Origin: Thermoplasmata archaeon
Lineage (GTDB): Archaea > Thermoplasmatota > Thermoplasmata > RBG-16-68-12
Reading direction: 5' to 3'
Assembly: GCA_035299725.1 (NCBI GenBank)
Contig: DATGWB010000004.1
Location: 1 to 55,849, forward strand
DNA length: 55,849 nucleotides
Shown here: positions 33,741 to 45,965 of the stretch, one piece after another
Layout: each line of letters opens with the position of its first letter
How positions within the stretch are numbered: the stretch's first letter is position 1
Notes under the pieces: generated by a model
What the model was told of the DNA's origin: nothing
Seen by the model: the letters and a program-made list of their open reading frames with translations, nothing else
Database searches by the model: none
Position numbers and translations under genes: made by a program

Positions 33741-34613
33741 TCAGAGGACGCGCGCGCCTTCGTTGTCGACGCCACAGCGCTGCAGCGTCCCGAATTTCAG
33801 GTACAAGGTCGCCAGCTGCTCGCGGTTCCCGGTCGCGACTACCGAGTTGCCGAGCATGGCCATCGTCGCCCGCCCAAACATGCGGCTGGCCCGAATCACT
33901 TCGAGGACCCGTTTGTCCGCGAGGCTTGTTGCTTCGGCAAAGCGAGCGCCGAGTTCGAAGAGTCGCTCTAGCGTCGGATTCCGGGAGAACTCGTCCACGA
34001 GCGCCCCGCCGATCCGGTTGATCGCCGCGACCTTCCTCGGATCGCGAAGCACCGTCTTCGTCGGCATTTCCGGGCCGATCACCGCGAGCAAGAGGTCCGC
34101 CTCGACGGGAAACGTTCGCACCTCGGCATGGGCGGGCGCTCCCGGTTTGAGCCGTAGGTCCATTCCCCCCATGGACGCGGGAACCACGTCGCCGAGACCG
34201 GTGCCGCACTCCACCTCCGTCTCGTGGGCGATGGCGACCAGCTCGTCTCGCGGCACCTTCGATCCGAGGGCATCGTCGAGGGCGAGTGCCGTGCTCAATG
34301 CCGCGGCCGCGCTCACGCCGAACCCCTGAGACACCGGCAGGTTCGTCTCGCTCAGGATCTTCACCTCGCCGGACCGACCGCCGAGGACCTTCTGCGCGAC
34401 GCGCTGGGTGACCTCCGCCTTCTGGCGCCGCCCGTTTACGATGATGTCAATCGACGTACGCGCGTCGTCGCGAACCCGTGCGACCGTGTGGACCCCGAGG
34501 TTCAGGCAAAGGCCGGCCCCGCGCGATCCCTTCTTCCGCGGATCCGGATCGTCATGGACCTCGAAGAACGCCGTGACGTGCCCAGGGCAGAACGCCTCAC
34601 CCTGGGACACCAT
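33741..34613 (-). CDS. pantoate kinase (archaeal GHMP-family kinase of CoA biosynthesis)
   Basis: N-terminal AFCPGHVTAFFEV.D......GSRGAG and the GHMP motif PVSQGFGVSAAAAL are present. Translational overlap with coaBC supports the CoA context. Confidence 0.75.
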   Translation of the reverse strand: MVSQGEAFCPGHVTAFFEVHDDPDPRKKGSRGAGLCLNLGVHTVARVRDDARTSIDIIVNGRRQKAEVTQRVAQKVLGGRSGEVKILSETNLPVSQGFGVSAAAALSTALALDDALGSKVPRDELVAIAHETEVECGTGLGDVVPASMGGMDLRLKPGAPAHAEVRTFPVEADLLLAVIGPEMPTKTVLRDPRKVAAINRIGGALVDEFSRNPTLERLFELGARFAEATSLADKRVLEVIRASRMFGRATMAMLGNSVVATGNREQLATLYLKFGTLQRCGVDNEGARVL

Positions 34614-35817
34614 GGAGGATGGCCCGCCACACCCGCTCGGCCGCGAGGGCCTTCGATCCTTCGAACGTCTCCGAGCGACCCTTGCGGTCGAAGATCGTGA
34701 TGGACGTCGTGTCCCCCTTGACCTTGGAGATGTCGTTCGCCACGACGAAATCGACGTCCGCCTCCTTGACGAGGGCCATCGCGCGCGCCTTCAGGTCCGC
34801 CTCGCTGACGCCCGCCTCCGCCTTGAACCCCACGAGGGCCCTCTTCGCGCCCTTGCGGAACCGATTGAGGACCTTGGGCGTCGGCTGCAGGTCCAAGCTC
34901 AGGACGCCATCGCGGCTGGAGATCTTGCCGCCTTTCTTTGTCGGCGCGAAGTCCGATACCGCCGCCGGGACGACGCAGACGTCCGCATCCGCCTTCTCGG
35001 CCATCGAGACGAGATCCGCGGTCGTCTCGAAAGTCGTGAACGGGAGCCATGGCGGTACCGGGGTTTCGTGTCTCCCGAGCCAGAGCTCCACGTTCGCGCC
35101 ATGCTCGAAGGCGACCTTGGCGAGTTCGATTCCCGTCCCGCCCGTCGACCGGTTCGTCACGACACGGACGTCGTCGATCGGCTCAACGGTGGACCCGGCC
35201 ACGACCAACACGCGCATGTCGACCAAGTCTTTCGGACCAAGTCGGCGGATGACATGGGCCACGATCGTCTCGACGTCCGCCATCTTTGCCTTCTCCTCCT
35301 CGCGTTTCGCTTCGAGGAGTTCGATGCGAAGCTCCTGGAGGCGCCGGGCGTTCGCGACCACGGCCGGGTTGTCCATCATCGATTCGTGGGCCGCGGGGGC
35401 GACGATGATCGGGATGCCCGAACCGAGCGCGTTCGCCGCATACGTCGTGACGGTGGTGTCGTCGATCCCCTGCGCGATCTTACTGATCGTGTTCGAGGTG
35501 CAGGGCGCGATCAGGAGGAGGTCCGCCTTTCCGTCCCGGCCGCACATCTCGAGGTACTCCATCGAGCCCGTGATCTGCGTGACCACGGGGTGACCGGTTG
35601 CGTACTGCAGCGCGTTGGGATGGAGGATCTCGGTCGCCGATCGGGTGAGCACCGCGTAGACGTCGGCTCCGTGGCGGATGAGCTCATGGGCCAGTTTCAC
35701 GCTCTCAATCGCGGCGATGCTCCCGGTGACGCCGAGGACGATCGTCTTGCCTTGGAGCTTGAGGCTCTTCAACCCCCGTAGGCGCTCGGCCGGATGCATT
35801 CCGTTGACGATTGCCAT
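34597..35817 (-). CDS. coaBC: bifunctional phosphopantothenoylcysteine decarboxylase / phosphopantothenate-cysteine ligase
   Basis: N-terminal flavoprotein part (GVTGSIAA....L...L...GA.V..V.T..A, PCTSNTISKIA) and C-terminal CoaB part (VTNRSTG, AAVSDF, KISS) are present. An alternative leaderless start is at 35799 (MHPAERL), 27 nt from ATATATA. Confidence 0.92.
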   Translation of the reverse strand: MAIVNGMHPAERLRGLKSLKLQGKTIVLGVTGSIAAIESVKLAHELIRHGADVYAVLTRSATEILHPNALQYATGHPVVTQITGSMEYLEMCGRDGKADLLLIAPCTSNTISKIAQGIDDTTVTTYAANALGSGIPIIVAPAAHESMMDNPAVVANARRLQELRIELLEAKREEEKAKMADVETIVAHVIRRLGPKDLVDMRVLVVAGSTVEPIDDVRVVTNRSTGGTGIELAKVAFEHGANVELWLGRHETPVPPWLPFTTFETTADLVSMAEKADADVCVVPAAVSDFAPTKKGGKISSRDGVLSLDLQPTPKVLNRFRKGAKRALVGFKAEAGVSEADLKARAMALVKEADVDFVVANDISKVKGDTTSITIFDRKGRSETFEGSKALAAERVWRAILHGVPG

Positions 35818-35822
35818 ACGCG

Positions 35823-35829
35823 ATATATA
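35823..35829 (-). promoter_or_regulatory. putative TATA box for coaBC
   Basis: ATATATA is the only A/T block in the coaBC-folC divergent spacer. It lies about 27 nt upstream of the second in-frame ATG (35799) of coaBC. Confidence 0.35.
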
Positions 35830-35914
35830 GCTGTGGCCCCGCTTCGAAGGACTGAGATTTTCACGACGCCGAGCAAGCTTTAATCCGCGGCGCCCGTTAG
35901 CTCCGGCCGTTTCG

Positions 35915-37201
35915 ATGGACTATCAGACGACGCTGGAACATCTCTACCGACTCGAGCGGTTCGGAATCAAACTCGGCCTGGACAACATCCGTCAGCTCCT
36001 GTCCCTCCTCGGCGACCCGCAGCGCGGGCTGAAGGTCCTGCACGTCACGGGAACGAACGGGAAGGGGTCCGTCTGCGCCTATGCCGCGTCGGTCTTGCAG
36101 GCCGCGGGCTATCGCGTCGGGCTCTACACCTCCCCGCATCTCGTCCGCTTCAACGAGCGGATCCGCGTCGACGGCGTGTCGATCGCCGACGACGATGTGT
36201 TGCGCCTCTGGTCCGGCATGCAACCGGCGATTCAGGCGATGACCGCGACGCGGGCGATCGATCATCCGACGTTTTTCGAGGTCACGACCGCGATGGCCTT
36301 CGAGTACTTCCGGGAGAGCAAGGTCGACGTCGCGGTGGTCGAGGTCGGGATGGGCGGCCGGATGGACGCGACGAATGTCGTCGACGGCCTCGTGTCCGTC
36401 ATCACTCGGGTGGACCTCGAGCACACGGAACACCTCGGCAAGACCGTGGAGCGCATCGCGCGGGAGAAGGCCGGGATCATCAAACCATCGTCCCGCGTCG
36501 TTACGGTCAACCAAGAAGCGCTCCCGGTCATCGAAGGGAGATGCCGCGAGCTCCACGTGCCTCTCTCGGTGGTCGGACGGGATGTCCACACGGAGCGGAC
36601 GGCCGGCGACCTCCACGGTCAGACGGTGCGGGTGCGCGGGTCCTTCGGATCTGTCGATGTTCATACGCCATTACTCGGCTCGTTCCAGGTGGAGAACCTG
36701 GGCATCGCGGTTGCGGCCCTCGAGGAGCTCCGCGCGGCCGGGTTCACGGTTCCAGACGAGGCGATCCGCTCCGGGATTGCGTCCGTCCGGTGGCCCGCTC
36801 GGATGGAGATTGTGCGCGAGTCCCCCCTCGTCGTCGTCGATGGGGCCCACAACCGCCCTGCCGCGATCGCCCTGGCCGCTTCGATGACAGAAACGTTCCC
36901 TGGTCGCAAGGCGATCCTGGTCACGGGCATCTTGAACGACAAGGACCTCCCGGGCATGGCGGCGGCCTTAGGGCCGATTGCGTCCCGCGTGTTCGCCTGC
37001 CGGCCGAAGACCCATCGCGCGTACGAGGCGGAGGAAGTCGCTGCGGCCTTTCGCCCCTTCGCGGAATCCCACGTCATCCCCTCAGTGAGAGAGGCAATCG
37101 ACGCCGCGCTCCGAGCGGCGCGCGTCGACGACATCCTCCTGATCACGGGGTCGATTTACACGGCGGGAGAGGCCCTTGACCACCTCGGCGTCCGCCCGTG
37201 A
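35915..37201 (+). CDS. folC: folylpolyglutamate synthase / dihydrofolate synthase
   Basis: HVTGTNGKGSV P-loop, YTSPHL, EVG.GGR.DATN and VDGAHN are present. Confidence 0.9.
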   Translation: MDYQTTLEHLYRLERFGIKLGLDNIRQLLSLLGDPQRGLKVLHVTGTNGKGSVCAYAASVLQAAGYRVGLYTSPHLVRFNERIRVDGVSIADDDVLRLWSGMQPAIQAMTATRAIDHPTFFEVTTAMAFEYFRESKVDVAVVEVGMGGRMDATNVVDGLVSVITRVDLEHTEHLGKTVERIAREKAGIIKPSSRVVTVNQEALPVIEGRCRELHVPLSVVGRDVHTERTAGDLHGQTVRVRGSFGSVDVHTPLLGSFQVENLGIAVAALEELRAAGFTVPDEAIRSGIASVRWPARMEIVRESPLVVVDGAHNRPAAIALAASMTETFPGRKAILVTGILNDKDLPGMAAALGPIASRVFACRPKTHRAYEAEEVAAAFRPFAESHVIPSVREAIDAALRAARVDDILLITGSIYTAGEALDHLGVRP

Positions 37202-37901
37202 GCGCATTCGGTTCATCGTGCGGGACCTGTCCCGCCGATACCTGCCCGGGGGCGACCTCCACGCGGGAGAGACGGCCTTGGCGAAGATCGTCGCGGAGAC
37301 CGAGGACCCGTTCAAGGTCCTGATCTCCACGATCCTGTCCCAGCGGACCCGCGATGAGATGACGGAGATTGCGTCGAGGCAGCTCTTCTCGAAGTACGAT
37401 ACCCCGGCCGAACTGGCGGTCGCGGACGCGGGCGACGTGGAACGCCTGATCAAGCCGGTAGGGTTCTACCGCCAGAAGGCGCTCCAGATCGTGAACGTGA
37501 GCCAGACCCTCCTCGACCGGTACGATGGCAGCGTGCCGCGGACCTACGAGGAACTCATCGAACTGCCTCAGGTCGGCCCGAAGACGGCGAACTGCGTCCT
37601 CGTGTACGGGTTCGGCGTTCCGCGCATCCCGACGGACACCCACGTCCATCGGGTCAGCAACCGGCTCGGCCTCGTGCGGACGAAGACGCCGGAAGCCACC
37701 GAACAGCGCCTGATGCGGACCGTGCCGGAGGAGTACTGGCTCCACATCAATGAATTGTTCATCCGGTTCGGGAAGGATCTCTGTCGACCGATCGGGCCGC
37801 GTTGTCCGCAATGCTCGTTCACCTCGTTCTGTCGGTTCTATCCGAAGACGAAGTGGTCACGCGACGCGCGCCGCGGCCGACGAAGGACCACACGACGCTG
37901 A
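37176..37901 (+). CDS. nth: endonuclease III (HhH-GPD DNA glycosylase/AP lyase with 4Fe-4S cluster)
   Basis: ILSQRTRD, the HhH LPQVGPKTANCVL, catalytic DTHV.RV and the cluster C-x6-C-x2-C-x5-C (CRPIGPRCPQCSFTSFC) are present. TTG start overlaps the folC end; an alternative GTG lies at 37218. Confidence 0.9.
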   Translation: MTTSASARERIRFIVRDLSRRYLPGGDLHAGETALAKIVAETEDPFKVLISTILSQRTRDEMTEIASRQLFSKYDTPAELAVADAGDVERLIKPVGFYRQKALQIVNVSQTLLDRYDGSVPRTYEELIELPQVGPKTANCVLVYGFGVPRIPTDTHVHRVSNRLGLVRTKTPEATEQRLMRTVPEEYWLHINELFIRFGKDLCRPIGPRCPQCSFTSFCRFYPKTKWSRDARRGRRRTTRR

Positions 37902-37946
37902 GCCGGCTGACACCTTGATATCGTTCCGTGCCGGTGTCCGATTCCG

Positions 37947-38999
37947 ATGCGGATCGATTTCCTCGAGTACTCCGCGATGGATCTTCCTCGGAAGGAACCG
38001 TTCGCCATCGCGAAAGGGACCTCAACGGTCGCACAGAACGTCTTCGTCATCGTGCACGCCGGTTCGCTCTCCGGACTCGGAAGTGCCGCCCCGACGGATG
38101 TGACTCAGGAGACGGTCCGGTCCGCGATGGACGCGATGAAGTCCATGGCACGGGCGTTGGAACGATTCGCGTTCCAGCGGCCCCGCGAGGTGGCCGACAA
38201 GTTGGACAAGGTCCTGCCAGGCAACCCATCCGTCAAAGCCGCGATCGATATCGCTGTCTACGATCTCGCTGCCCAAGAAGCGGGCGTACCACTGCATCGC
38301 TATCTCGGCTCGACCCGGGATCGGATGGTCACGGACATGACGATCGGAATCATGGACACTCGGAGCGCAGTCGAACGGGCCCAGCAGTGGGTCCAAGCGG
38401 GATTCCGTGCCTTGAAGGTGAAGATCGGCCGCGATCCGAAATCGGACTTGGATCGGGTGCGCGCCATTCGAGGGGCCGTCGGCGCCGGAGTCGAGCTCCG
38501 GGTTGATGGGAATCAAGGGTACACATGGAGCCAGGCGCTCAGCTTCGCCCGGGCTGCGAAGGACCTGAACGTCTCGATATTCGAGCAGCCGGTGGCTTCC
38601 ACGGATTTCGAAGGAATGCGCGTCTTGACCGAGTCCTCGCCTATTCCGATCATGGCGGACGAGATGGTGCTCACGGCGGACGACGCGAAGAAGATCCGGT
38701 GGGCGAACGCCGCGAAAGCGGTGAATCTCAAGCTCATGAAACATGGCGGCATCTGCCGCGCGACCGATGTGAACACGATTTGTGAATCCGCCGGCTACCC
38801 GACGATGGTCGGTTGCATGGGGGAACCGCAAATCTCAATCGCTGCGGCGCTCGCCTTCGCCCTTGGCCAGAAGAACGTTCGTTGGCTCGACTTGGATTCG
38901 CACTTCAACCTCGCCGAGGATCCTTCGAAGGGGCTAGGGTTCGAGAACGGTGAGCTCATAGCTCCGGATCGGCCCGGCCTGGGTGTCACATTGTCTTGA
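37947..38999 (+). CDS. enolase-superfamily enzyme, MR/MLE (dipeptide epimerase-like) subgroup
   Basis: KVKIG, metal ligands in VDGNQG / EQP / ADE, and the general base pattern K.K...GG are present. Length is 350 aa. Substrate is not assignable from sequence. Confidence 0.8.
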   Translation: MRIDFLEYSAMDLPRKEPFAIAKGTSTVAQNVFVIVHAGSLSGLGSAAPTDVTQETVRSAMDAMKSMARALERFAFQRPREVADKLDKVLPGNPSVKAAIDIAVYDLAAQEAGVPLHRYLGSTRDRMVTDMTIGIMDTRSAVERAQQWVQAGFRALKVKIGRDPKSDLDRVRAIRGAVGAGVELRVDGNQGYTWSQALSFARAAKDLNVSIFEQPVASTDFEGMRVLTESSPIPIMADEMVLTADDAKKIRWANAAKAVNLKLMKHGGICRATDVNTICESAGYPTMVGCMGEPQISIAAALAFALGQKNVRWLDLDSHFNLAEDPSKGLGFENGELIAPDRPGLGVTLS

Positions 39000-39005
39000 C
39001 GGACT

Positions 39006-41501
39006 TTACGGCTCGACCGGCGGTCCCGCGTTCAGGGCGCGGTCCTGTTCCTCTTCTTCAATAACTCGAGCCACCGCCACGACTTCATCGCCTTCGCCGA
39101 GACGCTGGAGCCTCACACCGCGAGTCGCGCGACCCTTCACGCTGATGTCGGCGACGGCGCAACGAATCACGACGCCAGCTTTCGTCGTTACAAGGAGATG
39201 CTCCTCCGGTTGGACGACCTTCACCGCGACGACGTGCCCTTTCGCGTATTTCGCACTCGTCGTGCGGACTCCTTTCGATCCCCGGCGGGTCTTCCTGTAT
39301 TCGGAGGTCGTGGTGCGCTTCCCGTACCCGCTCGAAAGGACTGTCAGCAACTCGGCCTCCGGATTGGTCGACAGCGCCATGGAGACGACCTCGTCTCCGG
39401 TTCGGACCCGCATCCCCGCGACCCCCGCCGCGGGCCGCCCCATCGGACGGACTTCGTCGATCGGGAACCGATTGGCATATCCACCGGCGGAGGCGAGGAC
39501 AATCTCCTCGTTCCCCCCGGCGATCTGTACGTCGATCAACTCGTCTCCCTCATTCAGCCTGATTGCCCGGATCCCGCTCTCCCGGATGTTCTGGAATTCT
39601 GCGAACCCGGTCCGTTTGATTCGTCCCCGTTTGGTCACGAAGACGAGGAATCGGTCCTGGGGGAAATCTCGGGTCGGAATCATCGCCTCGACTTTCTCAT
39701 CGGGATCGAGGCGATCCAGGAGGTTGACAACCGGCTTCCCTCGCGCATATCTGCCCGCGGCGGGAAGTTTGAAGGCCTTCCGCTTGAACACCTTCCCTTT
39801 CGACGAGAAGAAGAGGATGAAATCGTGGGTTGAAGCAACGAAGAGGTCGACGACGTAATCTTCCTCTTTGGTATCCATGCCCGTGACCCCCTTTCCGCCT
39901 CGACGTTGTTTCCGGTACACGCTGACGGGTAGCCGTTTGATGTAGCCCGTGTTCGTGATGGTCACGACGTTGTCTTCCTCGGGGATGAGGTCCTCGATTT
40001 GCATGTCGTAGGCTTGGAGCTCGACGGTCGTCCGGCGGTCGTCGTCGAACTTGTCCTTGATTTCGCGGAACTCCGCCTTCAAGATGTCGAGCACCCGCTC
40101 TCGGGAGGCCAGGATCGATTCGAGGCTCTCGATCTTATGGTTCAAGTCGGTCTTCTCCTGGCGCAGCTTTTCGATCTCGAGTCCGGTGAGCTGGCGGAGT
40201 GTCATGCCGAGGATGGCCTTTGCTTGGCTCTCACTCAAGAGATAGCGATTCATCAGGCCGGCCTGCGCCTCGTCTGCGTCCCGCGCGCGCCGGATGAGCC
40301 GAATCACTTCGTCGAGGTGGTCGACCGCGGTGATGAGGCCCTCCACGATGTGAAGCCGCTCCCGTGCCTTCTTCAGGTCAAACTCCGTGCGGCGGCGCAC
40401 GATGATGACCCGATGATCGATGAACGCCTGCATCGAATCCTTCAGAGGCAGAACCCGCGGTTGTCCATCGAGCAGGGCGAGGTTGATCACGCCGAACGTG
40501 GTCTCCATCTGCGTGTGATGGTAGAGCTGATTCAGGACCACATCCTCGACGGCGTCACGCTTTAGCTCCAACACGATTCGCATGCCTTCTCGATCGCTCT
40601 CGTCGCGGAGGTCCGTGACCCCCTCGATTTTCTTCGACTTGACCAGGAGGGCAATCGACTCGACGAGAGAGGCCTTGCTGACCATGTACGGGATTTCCGT
40701 GATGACGATCCGGGCGCGGTCGTGGCCCGCTTCCTCAAACTTCGCCTTCGCCCGAATCCGGATGAGCCCCCGTCCGGTCCGATATGCGTCCGCGACTCCG
40801 TCCGCGCCGTAAAGGATGCCGCCCGTCGGAAAGTCCGGGCCGCGGATCGGACCTGTCTCCGGGTTGTACAGGTCGATCAACTCGGCCTGAGGGTTGTCGA
40901 TCAGGACGATGAGCGCGTCGACGATCTCTCCGAGATTGTGGGGCGGGATGTTCGTCGCCATCCCGACGGCGATTCCGCTCGATCCGTTCACGAGGAGATT
41001 CGGAAACTTCGAGGGAAGGACGAGTGGCTCTTTCAGCGTGCCATCGAAGTTGTCCATCCAGTCGACGGTCTCTTTCTCCAGGTCCTCGAGCATCGCCTCG
41101 GCGGTCTTCGCGAGCCGGCACTCCGTGTACCTCATGGCCGCGGGGTCGTCCTCGGTGCTCCCCCAGTTCCCCTGACCGTCGATCAGCGGATAGCGAAGGG
41201 AAAAAGGTTGGACCATGCGGGCCAAAGCGTCGTAGATTGCGAGGTCTCCATGCGGGTGGAGTTTTCCCAGTGTCTCCCCCACTACACGAGCTGCCTTCTT
41301 GTATTGGGAGCCAGAACTCATCCCCAACTCGTTCATCGCAAACAAGATGCGGCGTTGGACGGGTTTCAGGCCGTCGCGAACGTCGGGTAGCGCTCGCCCG
41401 ACGATAACACTCATCGCGTAGTCGATGTACGACCGGTGGAGTTCGTCTTCGATTGGTTGCCGGGTGACGTGGGGACGAGACTCCTGGGCTTCTTCCGGCA
41501 T
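39006..41501 (-). CDS. gyrA: DNA gyrase subunit A
   Basis: [24 protein letters not shown], the active-site region AAMRYTE and C-terminal beta-pinwheel repeats are present. Length is 831 aa. Confidence 0.97.
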   Translation of the reverse strand: MPEEAQESRPHVTRQPIEDELHRSYIDYAMSVIVGRALPDVRDGLKPVQRRILFAMNELGMSSGSQYKKAARVVGETLGKLHPHGDLAIYDALARMVQPFSLRYPLIDGQGNWGSTEDDPAAMRYTECRLAKTAEAMLEDLEKETVDWMDNFDGTLKEPLVLPSKFPNLLVNGSSGIAVGMATNIPPHNLGEIVDALIVLIDNPQAELIDLYNPETGPIRGPDFPTGGILYGADGVADAYRTGRGLIRIRAKAKFEEAGHDRARIVITEIPYMVSKASLVESIALLVKSKKIEGVTDLRDESDREGMRIVLELKRDAVEDVVLNQLYHHTQMETTFGVINLALLDGQPRVLPLKDSMQAFIDHRVIIVRRRTEFDLKKARERLHIVEGLITAVDHLDEVIRLIRRARDADEAQAGLMNRYLLSESQAKAILGMTLRQLTGLEIEKLRQEKTDLNHKIESLESILASRERVLDILKAEFREIKDKFDDDRRTTVELQAYDMQIEDLIPEEDNVVTITNTGYIKRLPVSVYRKQRRGGKGVTGMDTKEEDYVVDLFVASTHDFILFFSSKGKVFKRKAFKLPAAGRYARGKPVVNLLDRLDPDEKVEAMIPTRDFPQDRFLVFVTKRGRIKRTGFAEFQNIRESGIRAIRLNEGDELIDVQIAGGNEEIVLASAGGYANRFPIDEVRPMGRPAAGVAGMRVRTGDEVVSMALSTNPEAELLTVLSSGYGKRTTTSEYRKTRRGSKGVRTTSAKYAKGHVVAVKVVQPEEHLLVTTKAGVVIRCAVADISVKGRATRGVRLQRLGEGDEVVAVARVIEEEEQDRALNAGPPVEP

Positions 41502-41508
41502 GCTCCTC

Positions 41509-43407
<1,899 letters not shown>

Positions 43408-43520
43408 CTATTCCGTGACCTCTCAGAGCGTGTTTCGGTGCCCTCTCGCACCCCATCCCGAGGGACGGTCCAAGTATACGGCGGGCCGTTATAAACGTTC
43501 GGAGGCCAGTTTCTATGGAG

Positions 43521-43550
43521 AAAACAGCCCTCCGCGGGGGAGGTTCTTTT
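43521..43550 (-). terminator. possible terminator-like hairpin with flanking T-runs downstream of cysS
   Basis: CCTCC-5 nt-GGAGG hairpin (43529-43543) is followed by GCTGTTTT on the minus strand and TTCTTTT on the plus strand. It lies about 100 nt after the cysS stop. Confidence 0.25.
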
Positions 43551-43653
43551 CGCATCGATTCTTTAAATACTGTAGCACGGCCCTTTGAACCCCCTCGTTC
43601 TCGCAACCGAGAATGTCGGATGGAGGGGCGGAAATCCAAGCCCGGTCGGGAGC

Positions 43654-45063
43654 CTATTTTCGCTTCCACCGGACGCCGTCGTGGGTGTCCTCGAGGACCA
43701 CTCCGAGCGCCGCGAGCGCGTCTCGGATTCGGTCCGCGGCGGCGAAGTCTTTGCGCTTGCGTGCCTCCTCGCGCAACTCCACGATGAGGTCCAGCAGGCG
43801 ATCGACTTGGTCTCCGCCTTCGGCGGTCGGCTGGAGGATTCCCAACACCTCCCCGAACGTCACAAACGCCTGCGCGACACCGTCGAGGGCAGCCCGCCCC
43901 ACGCCGGCTTCGATGGCTTTGTTCACGGCGCGTCCGTAATCGAAGATCACCGCGATGGCCTCGCGGGTGTTGAAATCGTCCGACATCGCCGCGTCGAAGT
44001 CGGCGAGGGCTTTCGCCGTCGACGCGTTGAGCGAGCGATCGCCCTTCCCGGAAGCGGGCGCTCGGCGACGTTCTGCCTCGAGGGTCCGTGTCGTCTCGCG
44101 AAGCCGCTCGTATGAACGCTTCGCCTCATCGAGGAGCTCCGGTGCGAAATCGATCGGCCCGCGGTATTGGACGTTAATCAGGAAGAAACGGATCACCCCG
44201 GGCTCGTAGAGCTTCAACGCCGCCTTCACGGGCCAGTAGTTGCCCAAGGACTTGTGCATCTCCTCGCCCTTCACGGTGACCATCCCGCCGTGCATCCAGT
44301 ACTTCACGAAGGGCGTGATCCCGGTGTACGCTTCGGCCTGGGCGATCTCCGCCTCGTGATGAGGGAACATCAGTTCCGTCGCCCCGCCGTGGAGGTCGTA
44401 CTGCGGTCCGAAGTGTCGGATCGTGATCGCCGTGTCCTCGATGTGCCATCCGGGCCGGCCCTTGCCCCACGGGCTGTCCCACGCCGGCTCGCCCGGCTTC
44501 CGCGCCCTCCACAGGACGAAGTCGGCGGGACGCCGTTTCCGTTCCTCGATGGCGATCCGGGCCCCGGGTCGGAGCGATTCGACCTTCTGTCCGCTCAGCT
44601 TGCCCCAGCCGGAGAACGTCGTCGTGTCGTAGTAGACGCTGCCGTCCTCGGCGACGTATGCGTGGCCCTTCTTGACCAATCCCTGGATCTGCGCGATGAT
44701 GTCGTCGATGTAATCGGTCGCGAAGGCGTAGACGTCGACCGAATTGCAGCGGAGGGCATCCATGACTTCGAGGTATTCGCCGAAATATTGGTTGACGATG
44801 TCCTTCCACTCCCGTCCGGTCTTCTGCATCTTCTCGATGATCCGGTCCTCGATGTCCGTGACATTCTGGAGGTAGAACACGTGGAATCCCTTGTGCCGGA
44901 GGAAGCGCGCGACGACGTCGAACGCGACGTACGTCTTCGCATGGCCCATGTGCGTCTCGTCCTGCGGGGTGAGGCCGCAGACGAACATCGAGACGCGGTT
45001 CGCCTGGAGCGGAACGAACTCCTCTTTCGTTCTCGACAACGTGTTGTACACTCGGATGGGCAT
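43654..45063 (-). CDS. cysS: cysteinyl-tRNA synthetase
   Basis: The class I HIGH variant (THMGHAKTY) and KMSKS variant (EMHKSLGN) are present, with overall CysRS layout. The start is at MPIRVYNTLS (45061-45063). Confidence 0.92.
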   Translation of the reverse strand: MPIRVYNTLSRTKEEFVPLQANRVSMFVCGLTPQDETHMGHAKTYVAFDVVARFLRHKGFHVFYLQNVTDIEDRIIEKMQKTGREWKDIVNQYFGEYLEVMDALRCNSVDVYAFATDYIDDIIAQIQGLVKKGHAYVAEDGSVYYDTTTFSGWGKLSGQKVESLRPGARIAIEERKRRPADFVLWRARKPGEPAWDSPWGKGRPGWHIEDTAITIRHFGPQYDLHGGATELMFPHHEAEIAQAEAYTGITPFVKYWMHGGMVTVKGEEMHKSLGNYWPVKAALKLYEPGVIRFFLINVQYRGPIDFAPELLDEAKRSYERLRETTRTLEAERRRAPASGKGDRSLNASTAKALADFDAAMSDDFNTREAIAVIFDYGRAVNKAIEAGVGRAALDGVAQAFVTFGEVLGILQPTAEGGDQVDRLLDLIVELREEARKRKDFAAADRIRDALAALGVVLEDTHDGVRWKRK

Positions 45064-45158
45064 CGCGCGGTCCGCATCTGGGCGGCGGGTATTAAGGTTC
45101 TTGAAGGTCGACGACGACACTGCCTCGCGGTGCTCCGTTTGTCAAATCGTGCTGACTC

Positions 45159-45965
45159 TTGATGCGCAAGTCTTATGGACCCTCGGTCCGCCATGCTGGG
45201 ACAATCATGCAAGATTGGAATCCCTCGCGGCAGACGTCCGCGGTTCGCACCTCTGGGGCCCGCGCACTCCAACGAGGCGCGCTCTTTCTAGCCGCGAGCG
45301 TCGCCCTATTCGGGTTCTCGCTCGCCGTCGGTCGATGGATCGTTTCGCTTCCAGGCTCCGAGTCCATTTACGGGGACGTTATCCTTGCATGGATTGGGGT
45401 GGTCGTCTATGTTTCGGCGTGGCCGAACCTCTGGGCCGGGTTGCGGGACCTCCGGGCCCGGCAGCCCACGGATTCCAACGGCATCGTTGCATGGAGGGCG
45501 TTCTCGCTCACCCTGCTCGTGGCGGTCGCGACGGTCGTCATTCTTCTGCTCCAGTACCATGCAATCGCATCGGCGGATGCATGGATCTTCATCGCATCTT
45601 GGTCCGTCTTGCGCCTCGCCGGCTGGTCGCTTGTGCCGATCCTCGCCCTCCATGGAATTATCTTTGGCCGCGTCGCTCGCTCCCTCGAACCTCGCTTCCA
45701 ATTTCTCACGGACCTCGGCGCACTCATCCTCTTCGCCGTTGCCGCCGTAACGACGGTGACGATCCTCCAGAGTCCGGGGGCCACCGCGTTCGTTCAGGCA
45801 TGGAGCCTCGGAGGTGGGTTGCTGCCCGCCGCCGCTGCGGTCGGCTACGGCCTAGTCGCGTTCGGGATGAGCGCCCGCGCGGCCACCGTGAAAGCGCCGA
45901 TCCCGACGACGCGGCATCGCCCGCTGGGTTCCTCAGCCGAGCGCCCGTTCGAGGTCTTCCGTTAG
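45159..45965 (+). CDS. hypothetical polytopic membrane protein
   Basis: About 6 hydrophobic segments and coding-like codon bias. The start is uncertain (alternative ATG 45207). The 3' end overlaps the convergent PLP-enzyme gene by 33 nt. Confidence 0.55.
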   Translation: MMRKSYGPSVRHAGTIMQDWNPSRQTSAVRTSGARALQRGALFLAASVALFGFSLAVGRWIVSLPGSESIYGDVILAWIGVVVYVSAWPNLWAGLRDLRARQPTDSNGIVAWRAFSLTLLVAVATVVILLLQYHAIASADAWIFIASWSVLRLAGWSLVPILALHGIIFGRVARSLEPRFQFLTDLGALILFAVAAVTTVTILQSPGATAFVQAWSLGGGLLPAAAAVGYGLVAFGMSARAATVKAPIPTTRHRPLGSSAERPFEVFR